From assembly GCA_002269645.1 (NCBI GenBank), contig NIVC01001672.1, forward strand, positions 185,071 to 249,070: a DNA stretch of 64,000 nt, written 5' to 3'. This document shows positions 51,475 to 61,100 of this stretch, piece after piece. The notes below the pieces were generated by a model. The model was given only the letters and a program-made list of their open reading frames with translations. It had not been told where the DNA came from and made no database searches. The position numbers were made by a program, and so were the translations under genes. Each line of letters opens with the position of its first letter. Position 1 is the first letter of the stretch. This stretch comes from Macrostomum lignano (Eukaryota).

Positions 51475-51680
51475 CCGCTGTATGCGACGGCAGTCCTCCT
51501 CCTGATAGTGGCGTTGGCGCCCACCGCGACGGCCAAGCGCGAGACGAAGACCTACACAGTCAACACCGGTGACGGGCCGGTCACGGTGACAGAGACTCAC
51601 GTGTCCGAGACCTCTTCGTCCTCGTCTTCACCGTCCGAATACAGCAGCAGCTCGGAGGTGGTTGAAACCAGCGGCTGGAG
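51475..51680 (+). CDS. Giant secreted vWA / cationic-aromatic repeat protein, exon A (signal peptide and Ser/Thr-rich N-terminus); start uncertain
   Basis: PLYATAVLLLIVALAPTATA|KRETKTYTVNTGDG...ETSGW AG|gtaaga. No in-frame ATG after the TAG at 51418-20; in-frame acceptor ctccctcag| at 51474. Confidence 0.7.
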
Positions 51681-51864
51681 GTAAGATCGGCCTATTAATT
51701 CTAGAAGGACGTTTTAATGTCAAATGCGAATTTCGCAAATAAAGTGCAAATTTCGTTGGAAGCCGGTTCCTGTTTAGTCTGGTTTTTCTCTACCGAATAT
51801 GTCTATGGTCAAACCCCATTCAGCGCCTTTAAAATGCAACGGTATTTTCAGCGTTACTATTTTT

Positions 51865-52087
51865 TATTGCCTTAATGGGCAGATGCCCGGCGCATCTCTG
51901 AAGGCTGCGTACGGCTGTTCAGTCCAAGGACTGGGGGGTCGCCACACAGCCTCAATTACCCCAGCTAATGCTGGCACCCATTTTACAGCTGGGTGAACTG
52001 AAGCAATGCAGGGTTAAGTGTCTTGCTTGAGGACACAAATTGTTCTCAGTGGGTTGAGAATCGAACTCCTGACCTTTCAGTCGTGAC
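51865..52087 (-). mobile_element. tRNA-derived CORE-SINE, copy 2
   Basis: Same family as 15600-15838; MIR-core-like stretch at 51977-52036. Confidence 0.8.
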
Positions 52088-52373
52088 AGTAATTTTAATT
52101 TTTCCTTAATAATTTTCCCGCCATAGTTTTTTCTCAAATTTTTCTCGGATACAAAATAGTGCATCAAACTAATACGACAGAAAAGCTTGCTCGAGTTTTA
52201 ATTCGATAGTCCAGAAGGAGAAACATTGGGAGTTCAGTGCTAAAAAACTGAAACTCCCCATCTTGCCAATGCATATTTTGTAGCGAACTCTGCCCTATTT
52301 GACATTGTAGCGTCCTTCTACTTGAGTTTTCTCTCTTTAAAAAACCCATCGATCATTGCCCCCCCCCCCCCAG

Positions 52374-52596
52374 CTCGAGCGCCAAGGAGCTGCTGAAGGA
52401 TTCGAAGGTCAGCGACATGTCCGCTGGGGACCTAAGCGGCAGTCTGGTGCTGGCAATCGACAAAAACGCCATCTCCAAAGGTCTGAAAAAGTACATCATG
52501 GACGCTTTGAAGAAGCTACCGGTGAAGACCAAGAAGATTAAAATTGGCTTCGTGGAGTACACGGATCGTCCTTATACGATTGTGTCGCTGAAGCAG
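52374..52596 (+). CDS. Exon B: N-terminal half of a vWA-like domain
   Basis: ccccag|C TCG AGC matches phase. SLVLAIDKNAISKGLKKYIMDALKKLPVKTKKIKIGFVEYTDRPYTIVSLKQ|gtgagg follows the vWA beta1-alpha1-beta2 pattern. Confidence 0.75.
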
Positions 52597-52617
52597 GTGA
52601 GGACGGCTGAGATCCCG

Positions 52618-53365
52618 GCACCTGACCCTGACATCCACCCTGAACCTGGAACCTGACCGACACCCACCCTGAACCTGGCACCTGACCCTGACAACCATTC
52701 TGAACCCGGTACCTGACCTTGACAACCATTCTGAACCCGGTACCTGACCCTGACACCCTGTCCTGAACCCGGTACCTGACCCTGACACCCTGTCCTGAAC
52801 CCGGTACCTGACCCTGACACCCTGTCCTGAACCCGGTACCTGACCTTGACAACCATTCTGAACCCGGTACCTGACCCTGACACCCTGTCCTGAACCCGGT
52901 ACCTGACCCTGACAACCATTCTGAACCCGGTACTTGACGCTGACACCCTACCCTAAACCCGGTACCTGACCCTGACAACCATTCTGAACCCGGTACCTGA
53001 CCGAAACCCATTCTGAACCCGGTACCTGACCTTGACAACCATTCTGAACCCGGTACCTGACCTTGACAACCATTCTGAACCCGGTACCTGACATTGACAA
53101 CCATTCTGAACCCGGTACCTGACCTTGACAACCATTCTGAATCCGGTACCTGACCTTGACAACCATTCTGAACCCGGTACCTGACATTGACAACCATTCT
53201 GAACCCGGTACCTGACCTTGACAACCATTCTGAATCCGGTACCTGACCTTGACAACCATTCTGAACCCGGTACCTGACCGACACCCATTCTGAACCCGGT
53301 ACCTGACCTTGACACCCTACTCCAAACCTGGTAGCTGACCCTGACATCCTACTCCGAACCCGGTA
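52618..53365. repeat. 31-bp tandem array (GACAACCATTCTGAACCCGGTACCTGACCTT)
   Basis: Intronic; related to the reverse complement of the 53809-54583 array. Confidence 0.92.
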
Positions 53366-53538
53366 CTGGACCCAAAAACTTACATGAACTCTAACACACA
53401 GAAACCAATTAATCAGCATCAAATTCATGAATAGTGAGGTTTATAGACAGTCTTATAAGCTGTCCAGCAGCCCGATGTACTGCATGCAGCTGTACACCGC
53501 TGGCTAAGTGAAGCTCACTGATTCAAATCGCTCTCCAG

Positions 53539-53804
53539 GGCTGGTCGCTTGACCGGATCTTGGCCAGGCTCCAAATCGAGCTATCCAAGAGTCGCCACGC
53601 CAAGCGGAGCGGCAAAGTTTACGATTACGTCGGCATCCAGGCGGCCTACAACGAGTTGCAAAAGTTCGGCAAGTCCTCCGGACCGAGGATTGTCATGCTG
53701 CTGAGCTCCGGGCGGGACGCCAACACGGCCAAGACAGAGCAGTGGCGGCACAAACTCATGAAAGAGTGGATTAGCCTTTCCGAGATTGTTGTGGACTCGT
53801 CTTC
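53539..53804 (+). CDS. Exon C: C-terminal half of the vWA-like domain
   Basis: ctccag|GWSLDRILARL...GIQAAYNELQKFGKSSGPRIVMLLSSGRDAN...VVDSS TC|gtgagt. RIVMLLSSG corresponds to the vWA KVxILITDG strand. Confidence 0.75.
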
Positions 53805-53808
53805 GTGA

Positions 53809-54583
53809 GTACCGGGTTCAGGGTAGGGTGTCAGGGTCAGCTACCGGGTTCGGGGTAGGGTGTCAGGGTCAGCTACCGGGTTCGGGGTAGGGTGTCAGGG
53901 TCAGCTACCGGGTTCGGAGTAGGGTGTCAGGGTCAGCTACCGGGTTCGGGGTAGGGTGTCAGGGTCAGCTACCGGGTTCGGGGTAGGGTGTCAGGGTCAG
54001 CTACCGGGTTCGGAGTAGGGTGTCAGGGTCAGCTACCGGGTTCGGGGTAGGGTGTCAGGGTCAGCTACCGGGTTCGGGGTAGGATGTCAGGGTCAGGTAC
54101 CGGGTTCGGGGTAGGGTGGCAGGGTCAGCTACCGGGTTCGGGTAGGGTGGCAGGGTCAGCCACCGGGTTCGGGGTAGGGGTCAGGGTCAGCTACTGGGTT
54201 CGGGGTAGGGTGTCAGGGTCAGCTACCGGGTTTGGGGTAGGGTGTCAGGGTCAGCTACTGGGTTCGGGGTAGGGTGGCAGGGTCAGCTACCGGGTTCGGG
54301 TAGGGTGTCAGGGTCAGCTACCGGGTTCGGGGTAGGGGTCAGGGTCAGCTACCGGGTTCGGGTAGGGTGTCAGGGTCAGCTACCGGGTTCGGAGTAGGGT
54401 GTCAGGGTCAGCTACCGGGTTCGGGGTAGGGTGTCAGGGTCAGCTACCGGGTTCGGGGTAGGGTGTCAGGGTCAGCTACCGGGTTCGGGGTAGGGTGTCA
54501 GGGTCAGCTACCGGGTTCGGGGTAGGGTGTCAGGGTCAGCTACCGGGTTCGGGGTAGGGTGGCAGGGTCAGCTACCGGGTTCG
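53809..54583. repeat. 32-bp G-rich tandem array (CAGGGTCAGCTACCGGGTTCGGGGTAGGGTGT)
   Basis: About 24 copies, intronic. Confidence 0.95.
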
Positions 54584-55016
54584 GATTTTCGCTGTGTTCG
54601 AGCAAACATGAAATGAAACGTTTCCCTGAATTTTGTTTCTACAAACGGTAATTTTTAAACTGGTAGTGATCGATGACGTCAAGTTATTCAACTATTCCTT
54701 CAGACAGAATGTAGATTTTTTCTGCACTAAAATTTCTGAGTATTTCCTATTTACCAAAATCGATTTTTTCTCGGCCCATCGGAAATCAAAGGGATGATGT
54801 AAAATTTTATTCAAAATTCCGAATTTAAAATTCCAATTCCAACCTTATGCGCATGAGGGGGGCTGTGGGCACCGCAGTCAAGGTCAATTCTAAAGGGTGC
54901 CTGCTATCACGCTAAGCACACGCTCTCAAAGGCTGCACACAAGGACTGCTTAAGCACAATTCCAATTCCCCTATCCGAGATCCAGATTACTGTGGCCGCA
55001 CATGAAACCTTTTTAG

Positions 55017-55111
55017 GGGCATCTTCAACGTGAAAGAAGGCGGCAAGGAGACATCCACGGACAAAACCTTGGAGCACACGACATTCCTGACTACCCTGCT
55101 TAAGTCGTACA
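55017..55111 (+). CDS. Exon D (linker)
   Basis: tttttag|G GGC ATC...GIFNVKEGGKETSTDKTLEHTTFLTTLLKSY A|gtaagg. It is the candidate I found that joins the phase-2 donor at 53804 to the phase-1 acceptor at 55195. Confidence 0.7.
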
Positions 55112-55194
55112 GTAAGGATATAAGCATTTATTTGCTGTTCAATAATGCCTACATGTGCTGTCAGCAAATAAAAATCCAATATTGATCTCTTTAG

Positions 55195-58100
55195 GCCACT
55201 CAACTATCCAGTACTACAAGAAGATCTATGGCGAAGCGTGGGAGTTCTACATAGTCCTCAAGCACTACAAGACTCTTTACCCCGGCAGCTGGCAGACGCA
55301 TTTGAAGACCTGGTTTACCAATAAATATGGCGACTCTACCAAGTTCGAGACCTACTTGCACCGGACCGAGAGCAAGACTGGCTCCCCGGTTTCTCCGGAA
55401 GACAGAATGCGAGCTACTTTCAAGAAGAAGTTCGGCTCAGCTTGGGAGAAGCACTTCCTAATTTGGAAGTACAAGAAGCTCTACGGTTTGAAGTGGAAAA
55501 TCCACTACGAGCAGCATTTGATGAAGAAGAAGTACGGCAAGGACTGGTTCTCGGAATGGGAGAAGTTGCGATTTAAGAAGAAATACGGGAAGAAGTGGGA
55601 GCCCCACTATGTGAAGTGGTATTTCAGGAAATACCGAGGGGCCACCTGGATTTACAGCTGGAAGAAGTGGCAGTTTAGACAAAAGCACAAAGAGGGCAGC
55701 AAGGCGTACGTTGACGAGTTCATGAGGTGGTACTTCAAGTACACTAAAAAGGGTGACAAAGCGCTTGAGGCGTGGAAATCCGCTACCAAAGACCTGTCTG
55801 AGGACGAAGGCGAGAAGAAGTTCCGCTGGTTTTACTACAATTTAGTATTCCAGAAAAAGCAGGCACTGATCAAATACACCAAGTGGTTCTACAGGAAGCG
55901 GTTCGGCAAAAAGTTCCTACCAAAGTACAAGTTGTGGCTGAACAGGTTTAATACAAACAAGCACTGGATGAAATATTACAAACTGATGGAAACGCAACTA
56001 GCCTACACTACTACCAGTTCTGTGACTGTTCATGTACACAGCATTCGCTGGTTTAAAAAGAAGTTCGGTTCGAAGTGGAGAACGCACTACGAGAAATATC
56101 AAATGAAGAAAAAATACGGCAAAAACTGGTTCTCCGAGTGGGAGAAGTTGCCATTCAAGAAAAAGTACGGCAAGAAATGGGAGCCGCACTATGTAAAGTG
56201 GTATTTTAAAAAATACCGACCTACGACTTGGATTTACAGCTGGATGAAATGGAAGATCAAGCAAAAGCATAAGGAAGGAAGCCAGGCCTATGTTAATGAG
56301 TTTATGCGATGGTACTTCCGGTACAAAAAGGCAGGAAGCAGTGCTTTATCAGAGTGGAAAGCTTTAAACAAGGATCTGTCGGCTGACAAGAAGGAAATGA
56401 TGTTCCGCTGGTTTTACTATAACCTAGTCTTCAAAAAGAAGAAAGCTCTGATAAAGTACACGAAATGGCACTACAGAAAAATATACGGAAAAACGTTTCT
56501 AACGAAGTTCAAGGAATGGGAAAAGAAAATCAACTCTGGTAAAGCCTGGATTCCGTTATACCAAAAAACTAACCATCAACTCCAATACCAGGTCGAGTGC
56601 GGGAGGGGAAACCACATGTTAAAACTGCAACCTGGTACAAGAGACACTACGGTCACAAGTGGCGCTGGTACTACACCCGAGTGGTCTACCGTCGACGCTA
56701 CGGTCGCAAGTGGCGCGTGCACTTTAGGAAGTGGCTGAAGCGAGTGTGGAAGAAGCCGTCACCGAAGCGTCGCGTCCTGCACAAGGTCACCTGGTACAAG
56801 AGACACTACGGTCGCAAGTGGCGCTGGTACTACACCCGAGTGGTCTACCGTCGACGCTACGGTCGCAAGTGGCGCGTGCACTTTAGGAAGTGGCTGAAGC
56901 GAGTGTGGAAGAAGCCGTCACCGAAGCGTCGCGTCCTGCACAAGGTCACCTGGTACAAGAGACACTACGGTCGCAAGTGGCGCTGGTACTACACCCGAGT
57001 GGTCTACCGTCGACGCTACGGTCGCAAGTGGCGCGTGCACTTTAGGAAGTGGCTGAAGCGAGTGTGGAAGAAGCCGTCACCGAAGCGTCGCGTCCTGCAC
57101 AAGGTCACCTGGTACAAGAGACACTACGGTCGCAAGTGGCGCTGGTACTACACCCGAGTGGTCTACCGTCGACGCTACGGTCGCAAGTGGCGCGTGCACT
57201 TTAGGAAGTGGCTGAAGCGAGTGTGGAAGAAGCCGTCACCGAAGCGTCGCGTCCTGCACAAGGTCACCTGGTACAAGAGACACTACGGTCGCAAGTGGCG
57301 CTGGTACTACACCCGAGTGGTCTACCGTCGACGCTACGGTCGCAAGTGGCGCGTGCACTTTAGGAAGTGGCTGAAGCGAGTGTGGAAGAAGCCGTCACCG
57401 AAGCGTCGCGTCCTGCACAAGGTCACCTGGTACAAGAGACACTACGGTCGCAAGTGGCGCTGGTACTACACCCGAGTGGTCTACCGTCGACGCTACGGTC
57501 GCAAGTGGCGCGTGCACTTTAGGAAGTGGCTGAAGCGAGTGTGGAAGAAGCCGTCACCGAAGCGTCGCGTCCTGCACAAGGTCACCTGGTACAAGAGACA
57601 CTACGGTCGCAAGTGGCGCTGGTACTACACCCGAGTGGTCTACCGTCGACGCTACGGTCGCAAGTGGCGCGTGCACTTTAGGAAGTGGCTGAAGCGAGTG
57701 TGGAAGAAGCCGTCACCGAAGCGTCGCGTCCTGCACAAGGTCACCTGGTACAAGAGACACTACGGTCGCAAGTGGCGCTGGTACTACACCCGAGTGGTCT
57801 ACCGTCGACGCTACGGTCGCAAGTGGCGCGTGCACTTTAGGAAGTGGCTGAAGCGAGTGTGGAAGAAGCCGTCACCGAAGCGTCGCGTCCTGCACAAGGT
57901 CACCTGGTACAAGAGACACTACGGTCGCAAGTGGCGCTGGTACTACACCCGAGTGGTCTACCGTCGACGCTACGGTCGCAAGTGGCGCGTGCACTTTAGG
58001 AAGTGGCTGAAGCGAGTGTGGAAGAAGCCGTCACCGAAGCGTCGCGTCCTGCACAAGGTCACCTGGTACAAGAGACACTACGGTCGCAAGTGGCGCTGGT

Positions 58101-61100
58101 ACTACACCCGAGTGGTCTACCGTCGACGCTACGGTCGCAAGTGGCGCGTGCACTTTAGGAAGTGGCTGAAGCGAGTGTGGAAGAAGCCGTCACCGAAGCG
58201 TCGCGTCCTGCACAAGGTCACCTGGTACAAGAGACACTACGGTCGCAAGTGGCGCTGGTACTACACCCGAGTGGTCTACCGTCGACGCTACGGTCGCAAG
58301 TGGCGCGTGCACTTTAGGAAGTGGCTGAAGCGAGTGTGGAAGAAGCCGTCACCGAAGCGTCGCGTCCTGCACAAGGTCACCTGGTACAAGAGACACTACG
58401 GTCGCAAGTGGCGCTGGTACTACACCGAGTGGTCTACCGTCGACGCTACGGTCGCAAGTGGCGCGTGCACTTTAGGAAGTGGCTGAAGCGAGTGTGGAAG
58501 AAGCCGTCACCGAAGCGTCGCGTCCTGCACAAGGTCACCTGGTACAAGAGACACTACGGTCGCAAGTGGCGCTGGTACTACACCCGAGTGGTCTACCGTC
58601 GACGCTACGGTCGCAAGTGGCGCGTGCACTTTAGGAAGTGGCTGAAGCGAGTGTGGAAGAAGCCGTCACCGAAGCGTCGCGTCCTGCACAAGGTCACCTG
58701 GTACAAGAGACACTACGGTCGCAAGTGGCGCTGGTACTACACCCGAGTGGTCTACCGTCGACGCTACGGTCGCAAGTGGCGCGTGCACTTTAGGAAGTGG
58801 CTGAAGAGAGTGTGGAAGAAGCCGTCACCGAAGCGTCGCGTCCTGCACAAGGTCACCTGGTACAAGAGACACTACGGTCGCAAGTGGCGCTGGTACTACA
58901 CCGAGTGGTCTACCATCGACGCTACGGTCGCAAGTGGCGCGTGCACTTTAGGAAGTGGCTGAAGCGAGTGTGGAAGAAGCCGTCACCGAAGCGTCGCGTC
59001 CTGCACAAGGTCACCTGGTACAAGAGACACTACGGTCGCAAGTGGCGCTGGTACTACACCGAGTGGTCTACCGTCGACGCTACGGTCGCAAGTGGCGCGT
59101 GCACTTTAGGAAGTGGCTGAAGCGAGTGTGGAAGAAGCCGTCACCGAAGCGTCGCGTCCTGCACAAGGTCACCTGGTACAAGAGACACTACGGTCGCAAG
59201 TGGCGCTGGTACTACACCCGAGTGGTCTACCGTCGACGCTACGGTCGCAAGTGGCGCGTGCACTTTAGGAAGTGGCTGAAGCGAGTGTGGAAGAAGCCGT
59301 CACCGAAGCGTCGCGTCCTGCACAAGGTCACCTGGTACAAGAGACACTACGGTCGCAAGTGGCGCTGGTACTACACCCGAGTGGTCTACCGTCGACGCTA
59401 CGGTCGCAAGTGGCGCGTGCACTTTAGGAAGTGGCTGAAGCGAGTGTGGAAGAAGCCGTCACCGAAGCGTCGCGTCCTGCACAAGGTCACCTGGTACAAG
59501 AGACACTACGGTCGCAAGTGGCGCTGGTACTACACCCGAGTGGTCTACCGTCGACGCTACGGTCGCAAGTGGCGCGTGCACTTTAGGAAGTGGCTGAAGC
59601 GAGTGTGGAAGAAGCCGTCACCGAAGCGTCGCGTCCTGCACAAGGTCACCTGGTACAAGAGACACTACGGTCGCAAGTGGCGCTGGTACTACACCCGAGT
59701 GGTCTACCGTCGACGCTACGGTCGCAAGTGGCGCGTGCACTTTAGGAAGTGGCTGAAGAGAGTGTGGAAGAAGCCGTCACCGAAGCGTCGCGTCCTGCAC
59801 AAGGTCACCTGGTACAAGAGACACTACGGTCGCAAGTGGCGCTGGTACTACACCCGAGTGGTCTACCGTCGACGCTACGGTCGCAAGTGGCGCGTGCACT
59901 TTAGGAAGTGGCTGAAGAGAGTGTGGAAGAAGCCGTCACCGAAGCGTCGCGTCCTGCACAAGGTCACCTGGTACAAGAGACACTACGGTCGCAAGTGGCG
60001 CTGGTACTACACCCGAGTGGTCTACCGTCGACGCTACGGTCGCAAGTGGCGCGTGCACTTTAGGAAGTGGCTGAAGCGAGTGTGGAAGAAGCCGTCACCG
60101 AAGCGTCGCGTCCTGCACAAGGTCACCTGGTACAAGAGACACTACGGTCGCAAGTGGCGCTGGTACTACACCGAGTGGTCTACCGTCGACGCTACGGTCG
60201 CAAGTGGCGCGTGCACTTTAGGAAGTGGCTGAAGAGAGTGTGGAAGAAGCCGTCACCGAAGCGTCGCGTCCTGCACAAGGTCACCTGGTACAAGAGACAC
60301 TACGGTCGCAAGTGGCGCTGGTACTACACCCGAGTGGTCTACCGTCGACGCTACGGTCGCAAGTGGCGCGTGCACTTTAGGAAGTGGCTGAAGAGAGTGT
60401 GGAAGAAGCCGTCACCGAAGCGTCGCGTCCTGCACAAGGTCACCTGGTACAAGAGACACTACGGTCGCAAGTGGCGCTGGTACTACACCCGAGTGGTCTA
60501 CCGTCGACGCTACGGTCGCAAGTGGCGCGTGCACTTTAGGAAGTGGCTGAAGCGAGTGTGGAAGAAGCCGTCACCGAAGCGTCGCGTCCTGCACAAGGTC
60601 ACCTGGTACAAGAGACACTACGGTCGCAAGTGGCGCTGGTACTACACCCGAGTGGTCTACCGTCGACGCTACGGTCGCAAGTGGCGCGTGCACTTTAGGA
60701 AGTGGCTGAAGAGAGTGTGGAAGAAGCCGTCACCGAAGCGTCGCGTCCTGCACAAGGTCACCTGGTACAAGAGACACTACGGTCGCAAGTGGCGCTGGTA
60801 CTACACCCGAGTGGTCTACCGTCGACGCTACGGTCGCAAGTGGCGCGTGCACTTTAGGAAGTGGCTGAAGAGAGTGTGGAAGAAGCCGTCACCGAAGCGT
60901 CGCGTCCTGCACAAGGTCACCTGGTACAAGAGACACTACGGTCGCAAGTGGCGCTGGTACTACACCCGAGTGGTCTACCGTCGACGCTACGGTCGCAAGT
61001 GGCGCGTGCACTTTAGGAAGTGGCTGAAGAGAGTGTGGAAGAAGCCGTCACCGAAGCGTCGCGTCCTGCACAAGGTCACCTGGTACAAGAGACACTACGG

